56,463 nt of DNA, taken from contig JAHLWZ010000213.1 in assembly GCA_020536535.1 (NCBI GenBank), forward strand, positions 1 through 56,463, written 5' to 3'. Source of the stretch: Pelomyxa schiedti. Lineage: Eukaryota; Protista; Evosea. Positions 37,441 through 49,214 of the stretch are shown here, piece by piece. The position numbers and the translations under genes were made by a program. The notes below the pieces were generated by a model that had not been told where the DNA came from, ran no database searches, and was given only the letters and a program-made list of their open reading frames with translations. Every line of letters starts with the position of its first letter. Within the stretch, counting starts at the first letter, position 1.

Positions 37441-40400
37441 TTACTCTTTTTTTTCAACAAGTGCTTTTACATAGTTGATGGCTGCTGTGAGAGCCTCAAC
37501 ATCTACTCATGGTAAGTTGTGGTCAGAACTGTTGAAAAGGGGCAAGCTCACGATTAGTTATAGTTTCCTTGTCTGAAGGAAACTGTTCTGACACCATTAA
37601 GGAAACTTCCATGATAGACAGAGACTGGAGAAAGAGAGGAAGACTTTTTTTGTAGTCTTTAAATCCTACCAGTGCACAAGCTCGCAGGGCCTATTTGAGA
37701 AAGTGAATTATTGGAAACCCAATTCTGTGTGATAGTAGGAATTAAATAAATGGAGGTGGGTGTACCAGTGTGACAGAATATTCAAATACGAGCTTTTCCA
37801 AACCAAGTGAAAGAGTACTGTGCTCAGGTGGTATTTGTTGTGCAACATTATCGGCTGCTTTGACGATTTGTTGAAAAAGTGATTCCATCTCCTCAGCATC
37901 TTTGTTAGAAAGTGAACAATAGGTATTGTTCCCCAGGAAGAAAAAACCGTGCTTAATTTCTGGTGTGATTTCTCGGCTCTGTTTTGATAGAGTGAGAATG
38001 GCAGTCCGCAAGACAATGACCCCAAGGGAATAAAACGCCAAGGCTTCCATGGGCAAGTTGTACTGAACCTTACTATTCCCAGCCATGTACAAGGCAATCG
38101 CTTGCTGAACGGGCTTCTGAATCACCTTTGTGAGAATCTTTGTTTTGCAAGGTTTCTTTAGAGGAGGTCCTAATATGGCTCAGAATATTAAGGGTACATG
38201 ACTTTTTACCTGACTCTTGAACAGGAGTAATGGTTACTGACGCTTGAGGAGTGCAGTCCCCAAGGAAAACACAATCGTTGGTGGTAAAGACACCAGACCG
38301 TCTCAACTGATCTTGCACTAGCTGCATTGGGTGAGATAAAAGTTGAGTACAATTTTTGTACCAGAGGAAGCTTTAATGGTGGTTTATCACTTGCCGCAGT
38401 CTTTGGAGCTAGGGGTTGAAGTGATGGCTCTTGGGGGGCAAGCTCCTGTTGGCTGTGCGTTTGAGGATTTGGTGTGATAGGGAGTGCCTGTGGTTGAACC
38501 TGCGTGGGGGCTTTTAATAGAGCTGACAGTGTTGATGTGGGTACTGGTGTTACTGCTGGTGCAGGTTGAACTCCAATTGGTTGGAATTTCGGTGCTGGTG
38601 TTGGGGTGGGTGTTTGGAGTTGTTGCGGCGACAGTGGAAGGGGCATTTGCGGAGGGTGGGTGATAATTTGCGTTGGAAATTGAGGTTGATACAGTGGTAT
38701 TGAGGTAAGAGGTTGAGGTGGAGGTGGGGGAGGTTGATAGTACATAGGGGGATATGGTTGGGGGTGCATAGGTAGATAGGTTCTGGGCTGGTTCCAATTA
38801 GAGATGAGTAAAGGTGGAACTGCTGAAGGAGGTTGTGTAGCTTGTGTATTTTGTTGAGGTGGTGCACTTGGGTGGGGTGGATTTGTTTTTAGGATAGGAG
38901 GAACCAGGGGTTGAGTGTGGGGGGAGAGTTGAGGATTGCCAAATTGTTGTAATAAGACACGTTGTTGATAAGGTGGAGGTGGGGGTTGTGGTTGTGGTTG
39001 TTGAACTTGTGCATGTTGATAGGGTGGTGGAGGCGACTGAATATGGCCACCTTGTGTAGGTTGTGTAGGTTGTGCAGGTTGTGTATTATGCAGGTGACTT
39101 GCTCTAAACCACTCATGGGAAAAAAAACTTTCCCAGGAAATTCTTCTATCTGGGTCTTTCTGAAAAGAATTGGTGGGGAGCACATAGGCTACTGAGTACC
39201 TGCAACAGCTTGGTGATTAAATCACGGCACAGTGGGTGTACATTCAATGTAGAAGTCTTTTTGATAACATCAGTGTCCTGGATAACTCTAGCTAGTTCGA
39301 TAGGGTTACTGGCAGGGAATGGTTGCCTTCCAGAGAGCATCTTTTTGTGGTAAGTTGCTTCGTAGTCCAATTATTAACATAAATTTAGGTTAAAACCTCA
39401 TACAGAATAACCCCTATATGAAAGTTAAGTAGGGAAGAAGGGGAAACGAAATGCATACCAACTGACCACAGGTCCACCTTGGATGTATAATGTTGAAGAT
39501 TTAACACCTCAGGTGCCTGGGGCAGAAACAATAAAAAAAATGAAAGAAATGATTCAAAAAACCATGTAGAGAGGAGACCCACAAATTGTTTGTGACATGG
39601 AATTCTCTGTAGCAAGAACACGAGCAAATCCTTGGAGATATTGGTACATCAAGAAAGGAGAGGGAATAGACCAAAGTCAGCAATTTTCAAGGTTAATCCG
39701 TTTGTATCTTTGTGTATGAGGAGATTTGCAGGCTACTTAGGATGAACAGGCATTGGCGCAAGTGGGATTTAACCTTGAGGTCTCGATGGATGATATTTGC
39801 TGCATGCAGTGCTTTCAAGCCAGCAGCTTAAATGAAGTAAGAATTTTAGGGTGAGAAGTCAAACCAGCCCAAGTGGGAGAGCACCAAATTGTCTCAGAAA
39901 ATAAAGACATTCAGCTTCAGGCAAAGGTGCAGACCGTGCCCTCAAATATGCAGCAAAATCCTTACTGTTGCAAAACTCGATGACTACAAACAATATTTCT
40001 TGACGTCGATCCTGTTAGAATTCAGTGTACATGAATTTGGAGTGCAGTCCATTTGTTTGTTTGTTGCCCTTCTGAACATACATATCTAGAGTCATACAAT
40101 GAAACAACATTTGGGTCTCGAACTTGTTTCATCACTTCTATCTCTTGCAATAAATGTCTTTTAACGTGATCACCAGTGGGGCCAGTGGGTAGTTTTCGTA
40201 GGTCCATTTCTAAAAAGCAGTTTTTGTATTACCTTTACCTTAACCTTAACCAGCACAAGAAAAACATAAAGTACAGGCGAAGGAAAAAAAAGGGGTTTTC
40301 GACAAGAGGGACTACCTTTGACAGCCACCACTGTGCCATTACTATCAGTAGCCTTGTATACTACAGCATAAGTACCAGCCCTTAAAACTCCATGAATGAA

Positions 40401-40611
40401 AAGCCTCCAAACAACGAGAACAAGGGCCCATAGTAGAAAAAACAACCAAAAATTACGAAGCAGGGGCAACAACACTAATAAATGCCCACTACAGCCGGCA
40501 TTGTGGGATAGGAAAATACCCCAGCCTGTCAGTCTCCCTGTAGGTGAACGCACCCACAAGTCGTCTGCCGTCGGGGAATATTTCACCGAAATGCTGGCCG
40601 GTGCTCGCCAT
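37441..40611 (-). CDS. ATG1: ATG1/ULK-family Ser/Thr kinase, multi-exon
   Basis: GTYAVVYK, VAVK, HRDLK|PANLL, KIADFG, ICGSPLYM|APE, P/Q-rich linker, C-terminal MIT-like region (LEKLVFEY). Confidence 0.85.
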
Positions 40612-40896
40612 CGTCAGCCAGTTTTTTTTTTGTTTTTTACTTTTCCACAGTGGTTTCTTCTCTTAGTCTACCGATAACGGGGGGCAACCACCCAAAAGGA
40701 GGGAGCGAAGCTACCACCTTTTGGGTGGGGAAGAAGCAACTGTCTTGTGCGGGGGCTCGGGTGGTAACGCATTTCTTCAGACAAAGTTACACTGTGCGAG
40801 GTACACCCCACAAAAGCAGGAGGCTCGACACAAGAGGAAAAAGTAGAAACAACACACATTCATGCCACAAGGTCATTCATTTCTGACACAGTGAAA

Positions 40897-40969
40897 GGCT
40901 CCATGGCTTAGTTGGCAAAGCGTCGCTCTTGTAAAGCGAAGATCGCGGGTTCGATTCCCACTGGAGCCT
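40897..40969 (+). tRNA. trnT-TGT: tRNA-Thr(TGT)
   Basis: GGCTCCA/TGGAGCC acceptor, loop CTTGTAA, GGTTCGATTCC, oligo-T terminator. Confidence 0.95.
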
Positions 40970-41089
40970 TTTTTGTTTTTCAAAACACAAATTTCTCTTA
41001 ACTGTTTGTTGGCCTTCTTCTCTCTGCAGGTAGCTTGGGAGAGGAAATCACTAGGACCGTGACCCTGGCCACATAGGCTGCGGTGCACG

Positions 41090-41161
41090 GGTTCAGTTGT
41101 ATAGCGGTAATACGCTCGTCTCACACACGAGAGATCCTGGGATCGACACCCAGCTGAACCA
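41090..41161 (+). tRNA. trnV-CAC: tRNA-Val(CAC)
   Basis: GGTTCAG/CTGAACC acceptor, CTCGT-CTCACAC-ACGAG anticodon arm, A73. T-loop is ATCGACA. Confidence 0.88.
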
Positions 41162-41384
41162 ACTTTTACTTTAGTGGCCAAACACTCGCACAGACAGGAC
41201 TTTTCTTTTTTTTTCTGTTGGCCGTGTGTGAGTTTTATCAGGCCTCACACACAAATCTTGTCAGGGCCCTTGTGAATTCTGCTGCAGGACCTGCATATTG
41301 TGCATTACTCTTTAATTTCACTTGGCTTAATGAGAGGTTGACTGTGTTGGGGGGAAAAAAAGAAGGAAGAAAAAAAGAAAAAAA

Positions 41385-41457
41385 CGGGCGCGCTGGGGAT
41401 TGAACCCAGGACCAACTGCTCCGCAAGCAGCCATTCTTCCAACTGAACTACACGCCC
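41385..41457 (-). tRNA. trnR-GCG: tRNA-Arg(GCG)
   Basis: GGGCGTG/CGCGCCC acceptor, GCTGC-TTGCGGA-GCAGT anticodon arm, A20, G73, GGTTCAATCC, oligo-T terminator. Confidence 0.92.
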
Positions 41458-41602
41458 ACAAAAAAAAGAAGGCGAATGGGGAATCATTATGTACTTCCTA
41501 CTCTTCTTTTGGCACACAGCACCACGCAAGGGAAAAAAAAGAAATTTGCTAGGAAGAGATACTCTAATACAAATGACAGAAAAGAAGACAACAAAAAGAG
41601 CA

Positions 41603-41675
41603 GCCGGCCTAGCTCAGTCGGTAGAGCGCAAGACTCTTAATCTTGTGGTCGTGGGTTCGAGCCCCACGGCCGGCG
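41603..41675 (+). tRNA. trnK-CTT: tRNA-Lys(CTT)
   Basis: Canonical cloverleaf, loop CTCTTAA, TTTT terminator. Confidence 0.97.
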
Positions 41676-41787
41676 CTTTTTATCTTTTTATCTCATTTTT
41701 TTCCCACCTTTTCCCAGTATCTTTGGCTGGCTTCTCTAAATGGGAGGAAGGGAAGAATCTCTCGTTGTTTGCCGGCATATGAAAGAA

Positions 41788-41860
41788 GCTCCAATAGCTC
41801 AGCTGGTAGAGCGTTAGACTGAAGATCTAAAGGTCGCTGGTTCAAACCCGGCTTGGGGCA
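41788..41860 (+). tRNA. trnF-GAA: tRNA-Phe(GAA)
   Basis: TTAGA-CTGAAGA-TCTAA anticodon arm, GGTTCAAACC, long oligo-T downstream. Confidence 0.97.
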
Positions 41861-42128
41861 CTACTCTCTTTTTTTTTTTTTTTTTTTGTTTATCATATTT
41901 GTGGACTGTGCTTTGTGCTCTGCCAGTCTTTCTAAAGAAGAAGAGGAAGAAGTCAAACACTTTGATTAAGCTGTGTATGTATGGTGGTGAGTGTGGGCAT
42001 AAAGAAAAAAGAGAGAATACCATGGAGGGAGGAGGGTGTTTTTTTTTGCCGTCTCTTTCTTGCTTGCTGGCACAGAGGCCGATTCAGAACGATTTGGCAG
42101 AAGAATCACCTTCCATTTTTGATTGGTG

Positions 42129-43676
42129 ATGAAAGGTGGGGCGCGCAAGAGGAAGGGCAGCCCAACGCAATGCGTCAAAGGCGACGATGTCGATGTGGAA
42201 GAGACACCCAAACACCGAGAAACGAAACGGGCAAGGATCCCCACGATGGTATTTTCTCTTATGTTTTTTTTTTCTTTTGGTAGTTTGTCCACCCAGCACC
42301 TGTTTAGCGAGCGCGTAGCTCACCTACGTTTTTTTTTTTTTTTTTTTTGTCCCCTCTCAAAATTAGAGCAACCTCACGCCATTGCAAATGAAAATGCGAA
42401 AGAGACTGGATGGGTCTCGTTTCAGGTGGATAAACGAACAACTCTACACAACAACGGGTGCTGAGGCTTGGGAATTGTTTCAAAAGGAACCAAAGCTGTT
42501 TGACACTGTGTGTGCTTGTTTTCTTGAGTTGGAAGTACTTTCCCTGACTAACCTTGAGTTTTTGCAGTATCACACTGGGTATGAGACACAGGTGGCTCAG
42601 TGGCCCCAGAATCCACTTGATTTGATCATTGACGAGGTTTCCGATTAAATTCCATTCCTTTGCCAGCCTGCAAGCAGCTTGGTTTATTTCCTCTGACTAC
42701 CTTGACAGTTGAAGAAGGAGCCACCAGAAGTTGTCATAGCGGATTTTGGCTGTGGGACTGCCAAGCTCTCTGCCTCTTTGCCACGACACAAGGTACATTC
42801 ATTTGATCTTGTTGCAGCCAATGACAGAGTCACTGCTTGCAACATAGCCCATGTATGTTTTTTACCATTGGATGACGTTTATAATACTAGCCATATAATT
42901 TTTTCACAGCAATAAGGTTCCTCTCCCACCAAACAGTGTTGACATTGCGGTTTTTTGTTTGTCTTTGATGGGGACTGACTTCAAGAATTTCTTGAAAGAG
43001 GCTCACAGAGTTTTGAAAACTGGGTACAGTGCCAGCAAAAAGAGTTTTGCGTCATTGAAGTAAACCCACCCAAAAGAGGAAAGCTGAAGATTGCAGAAGC
43101 CTCGTCAAGAATGACTGATGGAAGCAGAAATTTTGTGCACATGTTAAAAGAACTCGGGTTCACACCCAAGAACCAGGTAATTGCTTTCCTTCCCAGACAT
43201 TGACCCTAACAATTTAAATTGTCTTTCAGGATCATGATAATCCAATGTTCAGCTTGTTTGAGTTCATCAAAAACGAAAAAGGACCCAGCAAACGGAGGTT
43301 CGTTAAGCCAATAGTTCCCAACAAGCACAAGAATGTCCAGATGAAACCCAAACCTTCCGGCAGTAAGCCAAAACCCCAAACACCCAGTACCCCTTCAACA
43401 ACCAAAACAGTCAATAAACCAACAACCAAAACCATGCCACAGAAGCGGCCAGAACCCACAACCTCCAACCCCAAACCCAAATTCAGACCCAAACCCAAAT
43501 CCGGTACACAGCATTCATCCACTCCTCAGAAGCAGAAGAACTACAGTCCCAACAGCAAACCCAAATCCAAGCCCGCAAACAAAAGCAAAGCCAGAACCAA
43601 ACCCAATCCAATGGCCAAAGCAAAAAACAAACCCAAAAAACCAGTACTCAAACCCTGCCTCTACAAACGCAGATAG
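42129..43676 (+). CDS. RRP8: rRNA adenine-N1 methyltransferase RRP8/nucleomethylin, multi-exon
   Basis: [21 protein letters not shown]...[22 protein letters not shown], terminal LKPCLYKRR. Confidence 0.95.
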
Positions 43677-43968
43677 GATAGGAATGCTCAATCATCGTAA
43701 ATCCCAAATAACAAATCACATTCTATTTGATCGCTCCCCTTCAAAGGGTGAATCACCCCGAAAATTTGAGCACTTAATCACGAAAGGCGAAATAACAAAA
43801 AACAAAAGCAAGTTGGGTGTGGCGTTACTTAATACCCAACAGAACAAGGGAAAAAAACCAAAATAGACGTTGTGAGTGGTTGTCGTAGTCATAGGCGTGT
43901 CTTTGTTGTGAAGATCTCCGGCCGCAGATCCCACAGTTTTTTTTTTTCATCGTGGTGGGGAGATTGAG

Positions 43969-46900
43969 ATGGCGTTGTTGGAGAGGTGGATTGACTATTT
44001 GTCTGCTTTTGTGGATATAAATCCTGCTACTTTGTCCGGTGCCGTAGATGCAAGTTTCCTTTTCTTAATCTCTTTTTTTCCCTTTTTTTTTCTTTATACA
44101 CTTTGCTTATGCGAGGGTTTTTCTTTTTTTCCCCTTTTTTTTTAACAGGTTCTGGTTGTGGAGCGGGAGGACCACACAATGGTGAGCACGCCTTTTCATG
44201 TGAGGTTTGGTAAATTTCAGATAATGTATCCTCACGAGAAGCTTGTAAGTCCCTTTCCATTACTCTATGTGTGAATCTTATTGTTTTTCTCGCCAAACAG
44301 GTTACGATTTATGTTTCCGGACAAATTGCACCATTTTTCATGAAACTCGGAAACGCAGGAGAAGCTTTCTTTGTAGAGCATCGTACTGCTGAGTCACCTG
44401 GTGCAATACCAGAAAATTTAATATGCAGTCCTATCCAGTCTCCAAGACTTGAGGCAGCAGATACCATTTCGGATGGTGGAGATGTTGTTCCTGTCTCTCT
44501 TGATGACTTTGATGAGAAAGAGGAAGAAAAGATAGAGCCAGAAAGTCAGCAGCCAGTAATGTTGTACATATATTTAGTTGTAATGGACTTAATATACGTA
44601 GAAAGCCAACACCTTCTTACCCTTCTATCCCGACCGCCTTATCCCCGTCTCTCCCCCAACCAATACCCCCTCAGTCCCCCACAAAGTCACATAGAAATCT
44701 GGCTTCAAGCCCTGTGACAATACCATCATCGCCGTCTCGAAACGCTTTGACACCAACTGTAGTCGCCCCTTCGTCAAGCAGCACTTTATCATCCTCACCT
44801 TCCAGAGGTTTTTTTGGTTTATTCAGAGCAAAACCGGCTCCCACACCTCCCCCCTTTATTACTCCACCACTTGTTCCACCTTCAGTTACAATAACTCCAG
44901 CACAGACTTCCAATGCTTCACCTTCATCTTCTCCTTCAAGCAATCCAATGGTTACCCCCTCTCAAATATTAGGCACTTCTGGGTCAATCGAAATTTCCCC
45001 TGTTGACATTCCAGACAATCAACCACGTTCTCCCACCATTGAACAACAAGACCAAAGTGCTGAAACTAAAATGGTGAACAAACCAACGACAAGCAATATC
45101 GGGATGCAAGTAAGTCTCATGAAAGCTGCACAACCAGGGATAATCTCTGACAAATGTAACGAAGTATGTTACGTTACCTTTGGAACTTGCATTGATTCAC
45201 TCTATTTTTCTGGTCTTCAAGCTCTCTTCATTAGGAGTTGAATTCGCTATATGTGCGCATTTACTAAATGATAAGCTCTCAGAAAAGGTACCATGCGGGA
45301 AAACCCTGTGGCTTATTTTCTCTTAGGAAGCAAATGACATTTTCAACGCAAATATATTACCATATGAAAAGTTTGAATCCGACCCAACCCTCCTCTTTAA
45401 TCCCAATGGAATGTTTAGAATTGGCTCCAAGTAATGGTTTTTCCAACAATTTGCCAATCCTAACCGCTTTCCAAGATTGTATCCTACCCTGCTTGGGTCC
45501 GCCATGTTGATGTCTATTTTGTTGTATGGGAGACACCTCAATCCAGTGAATATCAGTAAACTTACTACCATCAAAGATTTTGCCTCCACACCAAATAAAC
45601 CTGTTTCCACCTCCTGGTGGCAATGGATTTGGCCAAAAGGGTCTCAAACCCCCACACCAAATCTACCTGCAAGTACCCTCACCGCGGGGTCGGTATTAAG
45701 CACTTCAACGTCAACTACACCCGTACCCCCACCCGCACCCGCACCTTCTCTGACAAGTTCCGCAGAATTAAGCCTATCACAATCACTGCCCATACCAAAT
45801 AAACAACAGCAACCCCAAAAATTATACACAAAGTCATTAAAACCATCGTCAAGCCAACTGGTATTCTAAGTTTGCATGCATAATTGTAGCTCACCCTTTT
45901 TTCCCAGTCACAAATGAATCTTAAGCCAGGCATGAATCCTGTGACCTTCTCAATTACAGCTGGGACCCAAACACGCACAGTGTCAGCATCTATTTTCCTA
46001 GTTTCTCACAACTCCAAATTTGTGATTTCAGATATTGATGGAACGATAACGAAGTACTAACTCACTATATATGAATACGACAAACAAATACTTAGATCAG
46101 ATATGATGGGACACGTATTTGCTGTAATGGGACAAGATGGGTGGTGTCAACCGGGTGTAGCAGAGTTATTCACAAGTATTGGCAAAAATGGCTACTGGAT
46201 CATATACCTCACATCTCGGCCAATAGGACAGGTTACAGGAAAGGAGTTAGGAAAAATGAATAACGTAACATAGGCTGGATACACACGTGATTGGCTTTCT
46301 TCGATTTCGCAGGGAACTACGGGGCAAGGTGTTGCTGCAATGATGCCTCTTGGCCCGATATTTACATCCCCATTACGCCTTCTGAGTGCCATAGACAAGG
46401 AACTAATAAAGAGAAAACCCCAGGAGTTCAAAATGGAGTGCTTGCAAGACATACTCCAACTATTTCCTGAGAACTCACACCCGTTCCATGCTGGATTTGG
46501 GAACAAATTCTCAGTATGTTATTCGTAATCTCAAGTTTTCTTAGCGGTCATTTAACTGCTCCAAGGATGTCTTGTCCTACAAATCAGTAGGAATACCAGA
46601 AGGAAAAATTTTCACAATAAACCCCAGAGGACAACTACGCACCTTGAATCACACCTTCAAAAAAACGTACATTCCAATGGTCCCACTTCTTCCTAACCTC
46701 TTTTATAGGTATTCAGACATCAACCAAATTGTTGATTTCATATTCCCGCCGCTAGAAATAGACTTCCGCTTTCACCCCTCACCCGATTGCATTTCCTCAG
46801 CCGCACTCAACACCGGAACCAAAAAACCGGAAGCCGAGGGCACCACAGGTAGTAATAATACCGAAACCACTACCGCCACAACAACTACACCCATGCAACC

Positions 46901-46994
46901 AAGCCAGCCTCCACCACCCCAAGAGGCAGAACAGTTCAATGACTTTAACTACTGGGGCACCCCAATACCAAAGCTAGACAACAATAAACCCTAA
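43969..46994 (+). CDS. LPIN: Lipin/Pah1 phosphatidate phosphatase, multi-exon
   Basis: N-LIP NPATLSGAVD|VLVV...PFHVRFGK...MKLGNAGEAFFV; C-LIP VISDIDGTITK|SD, YLTSRPIGQ, KPQEFK, FHAGFGN. Confidence 0.95.
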
Positions 46995-47098
46995 AACCCA
47001 CACCCAAAACTACCTGACTGTAAACAAACCTATACTTAGCACCCTTTTCCTTTATTATTAATTCGACACGTTCTGCAATCAATTCTCACAACAAACGA

Positions 47099-49174
47099 AT
47101 GGCTGATGAAAACGGTGAAACAACAGAACCAACTGAGCTGCCCCTGTCAAACGAAAACGAAAATTATGAGGAAGAACAGGAACAAGAGAACCAGGAAGAG
47201 GAGGACCCATTTGGTGGTTTTTCATTTGAAAACTTCCAATCATATAAGGCTCCAAGGGCCAAACCAACTCCAGGATTTGTTTTAAGAGACCAAATCAGAG
47301 CCAATGTGGAACAGGCTCATGTACTTTGGTCAATAGTGATCCCACTATTGCGGCAATTTGGTGGGGCCAGTGGGCCGATAATGTCCATGGCCGAGGTATA
47401 TTGGCCCCTGAGGAGAATGATCCTGAGGGAACATATATCAAGGTATGTGGGAATGGGGGGAACATTGAGGGAATGCTGTAGAGTGGCTGCTCCGAAGTGT
47501 GTTGAGATACTTGTGAGTGGAGATATTTGGCAGGGAGGGGCTTCCAAGAGCGAAAAGGCCGACACGCTGAAGGAACAGTATGGGAGGAACATTGACGGAG
47601 GGGAACTGGCTAAAATGGGAACTGTGAAGTGGGGATTTTTGAATGATGCAAAGCCGACGGCAGTTAAAACGGGAGCGAAAGAAGGAATTGAAGCTGTGAG
47701 GGCTGAAAAAAAGAGGAAAAAGGCAGTGACTGTTGTGCTTGGGTTCATACGCGAGGCATTGAAGGGGAGTAACTTGTACATGGTGGACTGGTTGCTCGAA
47801 GAAGGACAGTTCCCACTGGAGGAGCTGAAATCGAACGCGCTTGAGCTCCTTCGCTCCGCTTGCGGAGCAAGTAACACCAAATCTCTGGTGTGGCTGGTAC
47901 AGAATGGCTGTTATACGCTGCCCAGTAGCTCCTTTTGGCAGCTCTTTCAGTCTGTATGCACCAACGCTTGCCTGGATGTGTGCCAGTGGCTAGTTCAGAA
48001 CGCTCCGGAGGTGGAGGAAGTGCTGACCAGGTCACCTAGCGCACCCTATCAGTGCGTTGGTACTGCCTGTGTCTCTGGCAATTTGCCTGTTGCCAAGTGG
48101 CTTTGCGATGCATACCATCTATCTCTTGGTCCTGAAAACCGATCAACTAACACACCAATTCTCAGGAACGCTTTGTTCAAGGCTGCATCCGGGGGCCACT
48201 CCGAAACAGTTAAATGGTTATTGGAGACCTTTCCACCAAATCACCTTGATCTGTACTACGTCTTGAATTCGTACGGGAAAAATCTGCTGCCTGTACTTCA
48301 GTACATTGTAGAAACGTACAATATGGTGGTTCTATCACCCGACCAACCCTCGAGGGAAGCCTTCTACCGGCATATGTTTACAATGAACCTAACGGAAACA
48401 TTCCTATGGCTGATATCCAGGTTCCCAAATGTGAAGGACGAACTCCGATTCCAATCCGTAGAATTGGTCCGCGGTTCACTAAGCATGATGGGGAATGGGG
48501 AGTTTCTCCGGATCGTAGTGGAGAAGCTGAACCTGGGGAAGGCACAAATACCACTACACGAGACAATCAGGGAGAGCATCACGCACGATCTGGGCACTCT
48601 AAATTGGCTTATATCCACCCTCAACATAACGGCAGAAGATATGCACGGTCCTCTACCATACAGCCATGGTTCACTCTTAGGATCAGCTTTGAATTATGTT
48701 GCCTTGGTTCCCTCGTACAAAAAACCCCTAGAGACAATGATCCGCCTTCACAACAACTTTAAAATCACCCAAGCCGAGTTGATTGACTCACACCTCGGCA
48801 CCAGCTCGGTTCTAACTACGGCCGCCCTCTCCACCAACCTGGAGATATCCCAATGGTTGCTCCACACATTTCCAGAGTGCATTCCATCCCAGCTTTCAAA
48901 CTTCACCAAAAAGCACCTGTGCTGCACATGGGTTGCAAAAGGCTGGCTTCCAGCCGCCGTCCACGCCCTCGAGGAACTGTCTCTGGACCCGGCATTGATT
49001 GACCTGGGTGCCTTTACCAATGGCTGCTGTCATTGTAGTGACAACACTGTGGCTTTGTACCTCCTTTCAAAGCACGAATTCCCTATGACATACTACAAGG
49101 CTGTGTTGATGGCGTCTCAAAATAAAAAGGACCACCAACACCTGGTGGGTATTTTTCGAAAAAAATTGCTATGA
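47099..49174 (+). CDS. Intronless ankyrin-like repeat protein
   Basis: 691-aa ORF with degenerate repeats ACGASNTKSLVWL, ACVSGNLPVAKWL, AASGGHSETVKWL, AALSTNLEISQWL. Confidence 0.85.
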   Translation: MADENGETTEPTELPLSNENENYEEEQEQENQEEEDPFGGFSFENFQSYKAPRAKPTPGFVLRDQIRANVEQAHVLWSIVIPLLRQFGGASGPIMSMAEVYWPLRRMILREHISRYVGMGGTLRECCRVAAPKCVEILVSGDIWQGGASKSEKADTLKEQYGRNIDGGELAKMGTVKWGFLNDAKPTAVKTGAKEGIEAVRAEKKRKKAVTVVLGFIREALKGSNLYMVDWLLEEGQFPLEELKSNALELLRSACGASNTKSLVWLVQNGCYTLPSSSFWQLFQSVCTNACLDVCQWLVQNAPEVEEVLTRSPSAPYQCVGTACVSGNLPVAKWLCDAYHLSLGPENRSTNTPILRNALFKAASGGHSETVKWLLETFPPNHLDLYYVLNSYGKNLLPVLQYIVETYNMVVLSPDQPSREAFYRHMFTMNLTETFLWLISRFPNVKDELRFQSVELVRGSLSMMGNGEFLRIVVEKLNLGKAQIPLHETIRESITHDLGTLNWLISTLNITAEDMHGPLPYSHGSLLGSALNYVALVPSYKKPLETMIRLHNNFKITQAELIDSHLGTSSVLTTAALSTNLEISQWLLHTFPECIPSQLSNFTKKHLCCTWVAKGWLPAAVHALEELSLDPALIDLGAFTNGCCHCSDNTVALYLLSKHEFPMTYYKAVLMASQNKKDHQHLVGIFRKKLL

Positions 49175-49214
49175 GGGAATGAAGAGAACTTGTTTTGAGT
49201 ATTTACCACTGTAA

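Noticed and set aside
40897-41860. Entamoeba-style tRNA-STR tandem array
   Set aside because: Five different single tRNAs with unique spacers, no short tandem repeats, flanked by protein genes
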